Assembly: GCA_043228905.1 (NCBI GenBank)
Contig: JBHGNT010000017.1
Coordinates: 13,640,001-13,704,000, forward strand
Origin: Azolla caroliniana
Taxonomy: Eukaryota; Plantae; Polypodiophyta
Reading direction: 5' to 3'
Length of the DNA: 64,000 bases
Shown piece by piece: positions 1 through 12,827 of this stretch. The notes under the pieces are model-generated. The model saw only the letters and a list, made by a program, of their open reading frames with translations. It did no database searches and was not told the origin of the DNA. The translations under genes and the position numbers were made by a program. Position 1 is the first letter of the stretch. Each line of letters opens with the position of its first letter.

Positions 1-179
1 ATCATTAATTGTGAGAATGATTTCTAAACATATGGGAAACTTGTTAGTAAGACAAACTTTAAAATAAAAAAGTAAAGAGATTATGAGAAATCCTTCTTGC
101 ATATCTCCTTTGGATCCACCAATATAACAAGTAGGTGTTAATGGTACGACACTTGTTAGTGGTTGCACTAGAAGGATCT

Positions 180-700
180 ATACAAATTTTACTTGATATG
201 TTTGAGAAGTTCAAATATCAGTATTTTATTCAGAATTTATATGAAATATATAGCATCCATGTAGTCAAATCGTTCTTTGAGAAACAAGAGGATTGGAAGA
301 TACTTAACACAAAGTCTCAAGGTATAGGCATCGACTAAATACTATGGGTGAGAAAAAAAGAAGACATGATGTTGAAACAACTAAACCATTCTTAAGGGAA
401 CTGAGTGACATAGCAGATATTAGGCTGACGCATAACATGTTGTAACATTTTCAATAGAATATCTACTTTCGTAATGGCAATGGCACACTTTATGGGATAC
501 TTTAGAAAAGAAAGCCTAATGTCACGATCCTTGAATTATATGATAGTTGTCTTTGCTACTTTCATGTGGACGATTGGTTGTGAAAAAAGCTAGATGCCAA
601 AACCATAGAAATGAATTTTTCTAGGAGATTGATACAACAAAAAAATGTAAAGATAATACGATCAAAAGTTTATTCCATGATGTGAATGAACCGTATTACT
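180..700 (+). mobile_element. Highly decayed Ty1/Copia integrase C-terminal remnant
   Basis: Manual translation near 506-620 gives KRKPNVTILELYDSCLCYFHVDDWL*KKLDAKTIEMNF, resembling the Copia motif GKKPNVSHLRVFGC..YVHVP...KKLDAKA..CIF; contains stops; boundaries approximate. Confidence 0.55.
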
Positions 701-2319
701 GTCGAACATTGGGAATCGTGAAAACCAACTTTCAAAAGAACATGAGTCGTCGACATCAAAATGTTAGAACAAACACACAAAAATAATCAACAAGGCATTC
801 CATGTCAAAGCACAATAGAGAATAATTCTCTTTATAGTAGTATATACATCATGTATAAGATAATAAGCATGCTCGCCAACTACAACATGACTACTTGTAG
901 GTTCATATGCTCAAATTTTTCCTCGGTTTAAACATATTGTAGGTTCAATTCTTGTTCAATGGTTTCGATATTTTGTCTGCTATAAAATTTCTTCATGGTT
1001 TCTATGGGCACTACTTGTTTATTCCTAATAATATTTCTTTTCAATTCACATTGGTCTACCAAGGGTCGAAAAATACCATTCTCTTTAGCAAGTAATAACC
1101 AATGTTAATCATGTGAAGTTCATGCCCAAATCATGTACGATTAAAAATGTAAAACAACTAATAAGTGACTTTTGATACATTTTTAAGTCAACATTTATGT
1201 GTATGTAAAAAGATTAAAAAAACTCAACATTCTTGCTATGAGAATACAAATGATTTTGTGAATGCATTATAGAAGGAGAGCTCACAACTACTGTTCATGC
1301 CTAAATATAGGAAATGTTTTGGTTGTAAGGGCTTAAAAGAGCCGGAAGAAAAGAAGATTGGCCCAAGTGTTTTGGGTTCTAAGACTTTTCATGAAAATCA
1401 CACCTACATAATATATTTGCTTGAGAAATGTCATGTTCAAACATATGCCATGTATAAATTGGTAAAATGTGGAGAATGAAATTCCAAAACACTATAATAG
1501 GATGGAGATAATCCTACTATACTATGTGTTTAAAACAATGTGAGTCATTATGGGAGAAAATGGAACCCCCATAGAACTTGTTATCCCCTTGGCTAGAATA
1601 TGGACATACATGTATGTATGTATGTAATAATGTATGTATGGGGTGTAGGCATGTGTATTCAATGTAATTTGTATGTAGTATACATGAACATATGGAATCA
1701 TTGGAAAGTATCGAAATATATTCATATTTGATCATCCAAGACTCTAAACACTTAAACTCTTCGACCTTATGTGCACGAGCATCGATAAAACACCCTTCAA
1801 CGCTTGGCATGGGTAGATTCAATAGAGGTGCATGTCACATCCTTGACATTAGAATATGCCATTTGATTCCATCATACTCTAGAACTTTCCAAGAGTGCCA
1901 AAACAATAACTTGACCATACCAAATACCAACACAATAATGTGCTCTGACATTTGGAGCTAAGTTGACAATCCCAACTGAGAAGAATCAAATTCAAATTTC
2001 TTTCTACTATTCAAAGCAACAAGAAGAACAAATTAACAACTAATTTTCTCGATCGGCGCCATCAAATGTGGTATTGGAATGGTGAAATCATATGGTTTAG
2101 TTGGATTATCAAACCCAAAAGAAAATGGTATCCTATTAAAGCAATCTCCAAGGACTTGAATGTTGTTGTCAGTGCCAAAGCAAAGACATGATAGATGTCA
2201 TGGGATGTAGTTTGGTGTCATGTCTTGTTGAAGACAAGCTCAATACAGCTACAAGCAAGGACTTAGGATCCCATGCAATTTTTTGAAAGCTAAACAGATG
2301 TGAACATACATACATATAT

Positions 2320-3200
2320 TGTTATGAGATAGTATTCAATATTCCATTGTACTCAAAAATCTTTGGAACTTTGTGTGTGTGTATTCTGCATGCTAATTAG
2401 CGTTGGAAGTTATTATTCCAAGGTCTTTGTGTGCTATCTTAATCTTCATGACTTTGTACACGTTGTGAGAGCATTCTATGTGCGTTGAAGTTTTTCCAGC
2501 CTTTGGTCTTTTCTAACATTGGAGTGTTGAGCTAGACACTTGAAACCTCCTACATAGCATTAGAGCAAGGTCTAGTGAAGACCTAACGTAAAACTTATTT
2601 CTGAAGAAAAGGTTGAGGAAGAACTTGAATAGGGAATGCTTGAGCCATGTTTGTTACTCGAAAGGATTCAGCAAGTTTCGAAGGCTACAAAATGAGTGTA
2701 GACATGCATGTCAAGATCTTAGTTGTTGTAAACACTATAACAGTTTTCATCGTAAACCAATTAGTGAACTGGCTAATGTAATAGAGAAAGACCCAAAAGA
2801 ACCCATTGGAAGTGGGCTACTTGCATAAGAACTTGAAGAAAGAATTACTTGTAGGATTGAGATTTAATCTAAAGAAAACCAAACTTATGGAGTATATATA
2901 ATTTCCTTCGTAGGCTTAAACATACAAAGGAGTTGAAATGAACTAAGATACATAAAACTCTCACACTTACAAAAAAGTAACATAAAAACAACTTTCATGC
3001 CTTGTAGTTTTAAGATGCAAAGATTCATTAACGGAAAGGAGTCTTGGATTATATACAAAAGTGAACATGAAAACCCTCTTAAGTCTAGGAAGAGATGCCA
3101 TATGTAGCATAAGTGATGGCACATTGAGAATGGGTCCAACCATGGAAACAAAGTCATGCATTTGATGAGCATGAGAATTCAAGACTCAATGGTTGGCCAT
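2320..3200 (+). mobile_element. Possible old Copia relic (LTR end, decayed PBS, gag debris)
   Basis: ...cctaca followed by TAGCATTAGAGC (2555-2566), resembling the tRNA-iMet PBS TGGTATCAGAGC; weak zinc-knuckle-like remnant near 3095; boundaries uncertain. Confidence 0.3.
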
Positions 3201-3588
3201 ATCATAATGCAAAGTTGCCGAAAGACTCATGAACTAATAATCTTGTGAATTTATTTTCAACCAACAACATAGCTTGTAAGTTAATAGTTAAACACAAAGC
3301 TATATATAAAAGAGAAGAGCACACCCATTAATGATTTATGAAGATAAAGAGTATCAATTTGTGATTTTGCTCACGTCAATTGACATCAACTTAGAGGATG
3401 ACTAGTGAAGTACCAAAGATTCCTTTGAGAGAAAGACACAAGAGAAGAGTATGGCTACATGTCTACAAACCCATTGACGATTTGATGCGAGGGCAATATA
3501 ACGATACTTGGAATATTAGAGCAAGTCCTTCTCTAAGGAAGGACGAGAAGTATGGTGAAAGAGACTACGAACACACAAGCGAGGGGAC

Positions 3589-3591
<3 letters not shown>

Positions 3592-3670
<79 letters not shown>
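3592..3670. repeat. Compound (TG)n(AG)n microsatellite
   Basis: Seen directly. Confidence 0.97.
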
Positions 3671-3672
<2 letters not shown>

Positions 3673-3683
3673 CACTAGCATAG

Positions 3684-3751
3684 ATGGATGTAGTTCAGTT
3701 GGTAAGGCCAATGCAGACTAGGCGGTCATGGGTTCAACCCCTACATTCCAC
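3684..3751 (+). other. tRNA/SINE-like Pol III promoter remnant
   Basis: A box TAGTTCAGTTGG (3691-3702), B box GGTTCAACCC (3731-3740), partial acceptor pairing TGGATG/CATTCCA; anticodon arm shortened. Confidence 0.45.
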
Positions 3752-4407
3752 AGTGGCATCTAGAGAATTAAGAGTATATGAAGTACATAATAGAGAGGCG
3801 AGGAAGTTGGGTTTCAAACCCATGACGCAGTGATTGTAGTGTTAACAATTTAACACTAGGGTAAGTAATTATGAGGAAAAACGAAGAGAGAGTCCACCAT
3901 AATGGAAAGAGGACATAGGCAATGCGACGAGTGTAAGGTGTATACAAAGAGAGATAGATTGAGATATATATATGGATGGATGTATAGATTTTATTATCGT
4001 CTTCGGAGGTCAAATATGACCAATGAGACCAAAACTATTACATTTCACGTAATACATGTGGACTTGAGTAGCGGCTCTCTATGTTCAAGAACTTGACCCA
4101 TGAATGTTGCGAACGGAGAGTGCAAGTCGTGACCTCTGAGAGAAATTTGTGCAAAAGGATTGAGGGTTTGGTTTCGAAGGCGTGTGGAAATCATAGACGA
4201 ATTATGATGAAAGGCCAAGAGTGCATCGCATCGCAAAGTGTGATACTGAGACTCCCGAACTTGATTCAGGCAGAGACAGACAGATAGAGAAAATGTGTGT
4301 GTGTGTGTACAATCGACTGCTCTCTCATTGCTTAGGGCCTAGTGCACCCTGTGTGTGTCTCAGATCGCAATGCGAGCTGCATCGCATGGGCTCATGGATG
4401 GACAGGG

Positions 4408-4432
4408 AACCCTAAACCCTAAACCCTAAACC
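4408..4432. promoter_or_regulatory. Telo-box / interstitial plant telomere repeat (AAACCCT)x3.5
   Basis: aaccctaaaccctaaaccctaaacc, about 800 bp upstream of the ATG at 5216; several more TTAGGG motifs between 4667 and 4970. Confidence 0.75.
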
Positions 4433-4507
4433 AGAGAAACCACAGATGGATGGCCATATTTATACAATCAGGTAGTGAGTCATGGATGAGGCCAAGAGAG
4501 ACTAGTC

Positions 4508-4510
<3 letters not shown>

Positions 4511-4547
<37 letters not shown>

Positions 4548-4554
4548 TCTCTTC

Positions 4555-4585
<31 letters not shown>

Positions 4586-4613
4586 TGTATATCCTTCTCA
4601 CATAAGGGCTCTC

Positions 4614-4646
<33 letters not shown>
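4511..4646. repeat. (GA)n, (TATG)n and (CT)n microsatellite cluster in promoter region
   Basis: Seen directly. Confidence 0.95.
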
Positions 4647-4650
<4 letters not shown>

Positions 4651-5215
4651 GTTCCTGTTCTTAAACTTTAGGGCAGAGCAATTTAAGGCTGTGGATTGAT
4701 TAGGTTCACACGAAATTTAGGGTTTCTAACCTTCTTATCTCTCCTCTCTTCTTCTTCTTCTTCTTCTATCTGGACAGGAAAAAATTTGGTCTGTTTTCCA
4801 CCCGCTCTGCTCTCTGAGACCATCAATTGGGAAGCCTTTCCTGCTTCCGGAAGAGATTAGGGCTTTTTCTTTTTGTTGTTGTTTACTCCTGCTTAACCGA
4901 CATAGCTAGGGCGTCTTCTTTGCGTCCCAGGAATTTTAGGGTTTCTGCTTCAGAGGAGATTAGGGGGTGTTTCTGCTTCAGAGAAATTTAGACTGCTCTT
5001 TTTTTATTTATTTCAGATTCTTCTGATACACATAAAATCAGTAGCACATCAGATTCTTGAAGGATTCAGGGGTTTTCATCTGCCAAGTAATAGCTGTACA
5101 AATCAGGGTTCCAACCTAGGAAGGAATAAGCAGGAAACCGTTGGACTGTATCTAAAATCCAGAGTTTGCTTGTACGGCTCGTGTCAGAGATCTTGTGTCA
5201 GAGATCGAGAGAGAA

Positions 5216-5623
5216 ATGGCGATGCTGAAGAAGGGATTATCGTATAGGAGGCAAGGGTCGTCAGGGCTGATATGGGCGGACAACATGATAGTGGCCGACG
5301 ATGGAACCCTAATTCTAAACAGACATAATAATGCAAGCAATAACCTGAATGTACATGGAGAGGGAGGATTCACAAAGACATCTGCAGCCCGAGGTTCGGA
5401 GGCATCAGAATTGTCGCAGATGATGATGATGAGCCGGAGCAAAAGCGTGGGAAGCAATAGTTCCATGGCAGCATCTGAGGCAATGTCTTCTTCAGCCCCA
5501 GTTCCTGTTCCAGCTCCGGCTATGGCTGCACCCCCTACCCCGACCACAGCTCCGGCTCGACATAAATCAAGCTTCCGAGTCATGAAATGGCTGAAGAAAG
5601 CCATCACTAAGATCAGAAGGTAG
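5216..5623 (+). CDS. MAPK kinase substrate At1g80180-like / MASS family protein (135 aa, intronless)
   Basis: N-terminal family motif LSYRRQGSSGLIWAD (cf. SFRRQGSSGxVWDD), central MSRSKS (cf. MERSRS), Pro-rich PPTP site and basic C-terminus; ATG in good context (gaaATGGc). Confidence 0.85.
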   Translation: MAMLKKGLSYRRQGSSGLIWADNMIVADDGTLILNRHNNASNNLNVHGEGGFTKTSAARGSEASELSQMMMMSRSKSVGSNSSMAASEAMSSSAPVPVPAPAMAAPPTPTTAPARHKSSFRVMKWLKKAITKIRR

Positions 5624-6098
5624 ACCTGTCTCTCTTTCCATTGCTCCATGCTTCCATCACTCCCCCCTCTGTTTCCTTTTTTTTTTGTTCGATCTAACCC
5701 TCAATTGGGCATCCCGAGTTCGAATCGGATTTTCATCATCACAACTTGATCCAAATCATGGGCATGTTATAATCCTCGATGGATGGATATTCATCTCCGA
5801 ATTGATCCATGATCCAAACCCGGCCTTTTGCTCTGCTCTCAAAGAGTGGCTTAATCCCAAGAGTATAGCATGTCGGAACTTTTTGTTGTACAAAAAGAAA
5901 ACACCTGCTTGCTTGTTCTGGCTACATACCGCCAGGATAAGATCTGGACTTTATTATTCTATCCTTCTTGTTTTTGTCTCTTATTCTGTTGAAATAGCAC
6001 ATGTAATAATATAATAGGCTTCAAGAACATAGGGTGTGTTAAGGTTTTCTTTTATTTGCTGTTCTGATCTTCATCGAAATGATATGGTGATGAATTTA

Positions 6099-6372
6099 TG
6101 TAGAAGGAATGCCGATTCAGTCTTTCTTCTATTTTGATTCCCATAAAATCATAAGAAAAGTATCATAAGCGCCGGTATACTTAATCTTTCACTCAAAAGA
6201 TCTGAGAAATCGCTAGCCTAATTAATATTTTACTCAAAAGATCTGAGAAATTGTAGAAGGAATGCTGATTCAGTCTTTCTCTTCTCTTTTGATTCCCATA
6301 AAATCATAAAAAAGTATCATAAGCACTGGCATAATCAATAATCTACTCAAAAGATCGGAGAAATTGTTAGCC
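6099..6372. repeat. Diverged direct duplication (~155 bp period)
   Basis: tgtagaaggaatgcYgattcagtcttt...ttttgattcccataaaatcataa...ctcaaaagatcKgagaaat occurs twice. Confidence 0.85.
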
Positions 6373-6985
6373 CATTCAGCAATATGAAATGTCTAGGGTT
6401 AAGCCATTCTACCCTCATCAGCTGGTTGGATTTCAAAAGACAGTGTATCCAAATAACTAGAATGCTGCCAGAGATATGGTCTATTTAAGCCTAAAACATG
6501 TTTCAAGGCCCCATGGCTATGAAGCAGCATCGATATGTTTTTGTTTAAAATTATTTACATAATTGAGAGGCCAATGACTCCAGATCCTGCATCAGAGGCA
6601 GGCATCAGATATGGTTGGTTGTCTGGCTATTATATTAATCTCTTGGAGAGGACATATGGCTTGACAGAGGCTGTTTTTCTTGATAATTATATGGTTAGAT
6701 GATTGGGAAGGCCATATCTGTAGGTTAAGGGGGCTGTTTTCTTAGACACAAACAAACATGGTTAGATGATATGATGATTAGAAAGCTGTTTTCTCAGAAC
6801 AAATTCGTCCGAGGAGGAGGATTACAAAAGAAAGAGTTGCTCACATTTTTTTTCCATAGATGTGAAATGGGATCGGCACTCCTGAGCTTTTAAGCAAAAT
6901 CGGGTTATAATCGGAAAATGCAATGGACACACATTGGAAAACATGATTACATGGAGATCCATGGTCATACTAAATAAAATAAGCG

Positions 6986-7180
6986 CAAATGAATTTATCC
7001 GTCATCATTCGAAGAGCTTCCATGCTGTCTAATATGTGCGCAAATTATATGCTTATCCGATAAAATCATTTGAAGAGCTTTCATGCTATATCTAAAACAT
7101 ATGAACAAATGAGCTTTATTTATTCATTCTCATTTGAAGAGCTTTTCATGCTATTGAAAACATGTACAAATGAGCTTCGA
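6986..7180. repeat. Degenerate tandem repeat, ~55-65 bp unit, 3+ copies
   Basis: Recurrent caaat...tcattYgaagagctt(t)catgct. Confidence 0.75.
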
Positions 7181-10100
7181 TCGGGCATTATTTTTGTACA
7201 TCACAGCTCGACTCATATCTGAGCACTCTCCATTCTTCCTTTGTGCAGTAGGGAGTTTTTTGGCTTACATTTCTTGCGTGTGATATGCTTGTGAAACCAT
7301 ATAGACGATTTCTTACCTCGTAGAAGTGTGCAGGTAGGCTTGATTGTGAAATGACAAATGGTTTCGTTATGGTGATGAAGTAGAGGACAATAATGACGAC
7401 GAGAGAAAGCATTACAAACAAGAGAAAGCATTACAACAAGAGAAAGCAACACTACATATGTTTGATTCCCTTGTTGGGCTATGATGAGTTCAAAGCTCAA
7501 CTATCAAGGGAAAATGAAATACTCATTACTTGGTGGCCATTGCTATTTTTGATTCCCCTTGCCTTCATTTTTTGGCTCTACATGATATGTAAAAAGTTCA
7601 CTTGTCGAAGGAAAACGGAATATTCTTCGAGACGTGACTAGCGTATATGTATACATTTGTTTGTATATAGTTTGCCCTTTGGATATTAAGAGGAAACCAA
7701 ACCCCAAGATAAAGGTAATCAGAGTTTTGAATTGATTTCTCGAAGCAATCCTACTGGATTTTCAAGTACTTGTTTCGATGATCCATACACGTCAATTATG
7801 TCGTAGGTGGTCCATCGTCCATCTTTTTGATCGACCATTCTGCATGTGCACAAGAATGAAAATATTGGATACCTACTTTATAGGATATTTCCATTGATAA
7901 GGTTTCCACGATAGAGTGAGTGATTGTTTTGAATAGGGATGTTGACTTTAAAGAACATTTGGAGAATAGTGGGTGGTTATACTATCATGATTATTCTTAT
8001 AATTAGTGTTTTCGACTAAAGTGCAATGCCATCGTTTTCATGCATCCCTGTAGTGGGGAACAATTGTCAAACTCTTCATCTATCTATATTCAAAGCACAT
8101 ATTATAGTGTGCATGAATTCAACCTAAAATCATGTAACGGTTGCGACGTGTGAACCCATGCACGCGAGTTTTACCACGACACCATGTTCATGTTTATAGT
8201 ATTACTATTTGTAAAGTTTTCGATGCATTACCTCGTGAACTGAGAAGCAATAATTTGTTGGTATATTGAAAGTCTCTGGTACTATGTATAAAGACAAATG
8301 TTTTTATCGTTTGCCTCAGGACATGATGTCTTGTTTGTTTTGTCCAAGCAAGTTTTGCATCGAGAATTGCCAAATTTGACATTACACAAATCGTAGAGGA
8401 ATATAATCCATACATGTGAGACTATCTCTAAAGATTTTTTGAAGCTTGTTTCTTTGATGTATTATCTTCCAAAGGATTCAAATCAAAGAATTTGAATTAA
8501 TTAATGCCATTACCCACATTTGTAAGGATCCCTTTGACAACTATATAAGCATGATGCATGTGTTTGGATTTTGATGAATACAGTAAGTATGAGTACTTCA
8601 ATAGTTCTTGTCCATGGGTACCCCCTAAAAATTGGTCCACCACTAGTAACATCGAAATCTAATGGTGAAGATTGTCCTCCCTAAACCTTGATTAGTTTTT
8701 CCAAGCACAAAAACATACATATTCCATTATGATTTCAAAGTGATTAGGTCTAAATATATTTGCATTGTCCTTATTGGGACTCATCAAACATCGTTGCAAT
8801 TTCTATGTCTTAAATGATAGGCAACTCACTGTGAAGTAAGAAACTATAGCTATATGTAACTCCAAAAATATCCACATATTTGTAATGTAAGAAAGTTAAT
8901 GAACAATCATGTAAGCATCACTTACTATTAGGACCACCTCATTGTACAAAACATCTACAAATTTGTCATGTAGTCTTTGAATGTGAATGAACTTTACTCA
9001 TGCACATACAAGACAAGACAAGACCTATAGATCCATACACGGCATGCACATACAAGACAAGACCTATATATCCACGAGCATGCGAGATGAATTAATATGT
9101 ATCAAGGTAATTTGATTGCGCACGAGAAAAAAAAACTTGTGTCTACCTTATATTGTTGTTCTATTAAAGCAGCATAAGATGTAAACCAGGATTAGCACAA
9201 AACAAACAATAGTTGATTTCTAGAATTGCGTTCCTTGTTTTCTTCCGACAAGCAAGTGGATGGTGAGCAAATGTCTCATTATGGAAAGGTCCTATTCCTT
9301 TAGGCGAGCAAGTGGATGGAAAGCCTTTGACTCATTTTCAAAAGGCCTTGCTTCTTTTGAGCAGTTTGTAGATGGGGAACACCTCATTTTTTTGGTTAAA
9401 TCATATGGTTGTTTTTATGCATGATGGCAAACTTTTGAGAATGTGTTCCTTTTAAGGGATGATCATCACCTAGACATGCACCCCGCAGTCCATGACCCAT
9501 GCATGATGTATGCGAAATTAATTTCATATTGTATTACTAAATTATCCATATATAAAATTTTATCATAATTATTGCATTTGTATTGTTATTGTATATTTTA
9601 GTTTTAATGAATATTTAAATGTAAGAATTGATACATACATACAATGCTTTGTTTTCCCCAAAAACAATACAATGCTTTTTACTTTTACTATTGTTTCTTA
9701 TGTGTAAATTTTGTATTTTTGAGATTTAGTGAATATAAGCATTAAGAAGTAGATTTTAGACCAATGCACCTCTAAAATACCCTTGCTTTTTTCATTGTTT
9801 CCTTGGATGTTGGTAAATCCTTGAAATTAGAGTGGTCACATGTGCTATTTGATCAATTATTACATGGTGATCTTGTTAAAGAAGAACCCTCAACTTCTTT
9901 CTTCTCTACTTCATCCCGTGTTGCAAAACTGGGAGAATATTTTCGTAATACTCAATGTGAGCACAAACAAGTTAGGGAGAATCTAAGGATGTCAATAAGT
10001 AGACTCAACTAAGCTAAGCTATTACCCCAAAACTTTTGAAGGGATAAAACCTAAAAATATGAACATTATGTTAGGCTATCCTCCTCTCTGCCAATTTATT

Positions 10101-10435
10101 TATCAGATAATAGATACCCTTATTTGTTATTCCTTCCATTTCTTCCTTTACTCACATAAGCTATACATGTGATGACTCCATCTTCTCATGATTTTTCTCC
10201 AAATAAGGATGATTTATAATACATTGATAAAATTCTCTCTATATATATACAACTTGAAAATACGAAAAAACATTACTTTCATACATAAAAACATGAAGCC
10301 AAGATAAGTCGTAGATCCACAAGTCACATTATATACAACTTCAAAATTTAAAGCGACATTAAATTCAACCTTAAATTATGAAGCAAATAGTCTAACCTAT
10401 CGCGATCCAACAACATAAGGATGTCTATAAGTAAT

Positions 10436-11410
10436 TGTTGAAATATCAAGCTCAACTAGGTTTAGCTATTTTGTAATGTGTAACTTAGTAGTTACATACG
10501 TAGGATCTAGTTAGTGTGTTGATTTCAAAGCCTTAAATAGGATTTTATACTTGTACTTAAGAATAGATACATTCTAGATCCTCCACTACCAAGTAGATTT
10601 AATATAGGGCTTACATCCTTGTACCTATATTCCCTCACACATGTGCACCCTTGCACATGAGTCTATGTATATATATCTCATGGTGGATATTTTTGTAATT
10701 TGATGTTTTTTTAATATAAGTAAGGGTTCCTTGAGCTACACTTGTATTAATAATCCCTCATCTTGTCTTAATATTTCTAAGTGTACTTCCTCTTGTTCTC
10801 TCATACATCTACACACACTCATATCACATAATCTTTCGCTACTTAATCACGTACGTGTTTAACTACTCACATAATTAGACACTAATTAACCCTAAATTAA
10901 TTACCTAATTATTTACATGGTATCAGAGCGTGTGGTTTAGCATATCCACTAAGCCCACCTGATTCATAGTGAGTGTATAGTTGAGACACCGACTCCGGCT
11001 ATTTGCTATCGTAGTGCCGTTACGTAGTAAGCTTACGTGATCGAATAATGAAAAGTCGAAAGAGAAGACACTATATCAACATGAAGACACAAATGGGTAG
11101 CTCGATCCCTAGTGAAAAGCTAGACTGGAGCAATTTCTCATCTTGGGAGTACAAGATGAACCAATACCTAGTCGCCCAAGGATATTTGAGCTACATCAAA
11201 GACACCCTTGAAAACAAACTCGACATTACAAACGCCAACTACCCAACATGGGAGCAAGGAGTGAGTCAGGTAATGTATTGTTTAGCAACATGTGTCCACG
11301 ATCACATACTCTATCACATTCGAGATGCGAAGACGCCTAAAGAAGCGTGGGAGAACTTGAAGAAAATATTCGTTGTCAACACGACCGCCCGCAAACTTCA
11401 GCTTTGGCAA
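10436..11410 (+). mobile_element. Truncated Copia (family F-like): 5' LTR ~10436-10917, PBS 10918-10929, gag fragment
   Basis: TG...CA, PBS TGGTATCAGAGC (tRNA-iMet), gag SEKLDWSNFSSWEYKMNQYL...DAKTPKEAWENLKK. Confidence 0.85.
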
Positions 11411-11951
11411 GGGCTCGACCAAAATCAAGTTTCACAATGCAAATGGAAGATTAAACAAAAAGCAACGATGTACTTACACAGACAATTGAGACGACACTAG
11501 ATGTTTACGTGGAAAACCTGAGAGGCAAAACCACGAGAGTTCTGTAACTCCAAACTGAAGGGTACAAATGAGGGACTCAGAGGCAACAACCTTGAGCTTT
11601 GTATCCTCGCCAACCAACGGTTACAACAGAAACAACTTTCTGTATCTCTGTGTGTGTGTGTGTGTGTACAACAACACAACAATAAACACATAGTTCATTT
11701 GCCCTAGTTATATTTATACTAATATAACTTACGGGCTATTTATGTGGCCTCAACGGCTCATAAGAAACATATTTACAAATCCGTCTCTTTCCACGGCTCG
11801 TACCAGATCTGGCTGAACTCCTTCCGGATCCATCCGGTCTGGCTTTCGGATATCCTTCCAGATCCATCCGATTTGGCTTCCTCCTTAGGATCCCTAGATC
11901 CGGCTCGACCGGTCCCCATCCAGAGGACCGATATCTCAACAATCTCCCCCT
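11411..11951 (-). mobile_element. 3' LTR with PPT of a Copia related to family C
   Basis: Minus strand AGGGGGAGAT (PPT) followed by TGTTGAGATATC; internal motifs (gatgtttacgtggaaaacc, aaaaccacg, cggttacaacaga) shared with LTRs at 22869, 56616 and 60302. Confidence 0.75.
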
Positions 11952-12827
11952 TCACACGATGGCTTATCGGTCCACTTTTTATTGGCCCAAAAAATTTCTC
12001 ATAGAATAAACCATCTCCCTCTGGCTTATGGGTTCAACACTAGCCCGAAGGAAGAGGCAAACCACCATCAAGATTGAGGATAACAAAGAAAATGTCACAC
12101 ACCTGTGATGCCAAAAATTAGTGCGAAGGAACCTTTCAAATGAATTATTCAGGAAAAATTTCTAAAACTTTCTTACCTTTAATGAGTTGATACATGTAAC
12201 ACTTGATACACTCTTCTAGTACATAGGTCCTGTGATCCCTAATCATCTCATATATATTCCTGTCCATTAGCTCAAATACTAGCGCAAGCTTGCCAATAGG
12301 TTCATCACTGTAGAGACGTAGGTCAACAATGAGACACTAAATTTTGTCTGAACTTTTTCATCAAATATACTTAAATTAGTTGTGTAAAAATTGCAGCTTA
12401 ATTAATGTAATGTAAAGAAATAAGAGCCGCACTATAAAACTTCCAAAAGCTTGATTATGTTGGCATGAGGAGAAAGCCTTTGTAAAGCCAGAATCTCCCG
12501 AAGGTTTGTCACCTCACGAGGAATAACTACCGCACATTATTTCAACATTCACAAAAACAATGCATCAATTCATTTCTCAAATAACGGAATTTATCTTTTG
12601 TAAGAACTTGATCTACACTGTTGAATGTGTTCTTCATGCATTTGATGGCAACATATTTGCTTGCTTTGGGGCATTGTGCTTTAAGGACTTCTGAAAAAGT
12701 ACCTTTTCCTTTTTTGGCTATGATCCGATACTCCGAACTGGATTGCAGAAATAAGGACCTCTTCAAGGTTCATTTCATGTAAATGCATGAGTAATAAAGA
12801 TCTATGTAGAAAGTTCACAATTTATAC

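Noticed and set aside
4408-4432. Chromosome end or telomere fusion scar
   Set aside because: Only ~3.5 units in a promoter context; fits a telo-box
5152-5649. 165-aa minus-strand ORF
   Set aside because: Antisense shadow of the MASS-like gene, with no recognisable motifs
6986-7180. CRISPR-like repeat-spacer array (also the 23-bp and 54-bp repeats)
   Set aside because: Eukaryotic context, intervening sequences are related to each other, and no cas genes
9000-9380. Short degenerate duplications (~45 bp and ~57 bp)
   Set aside because: Ordinary local slippage with no further structure visible
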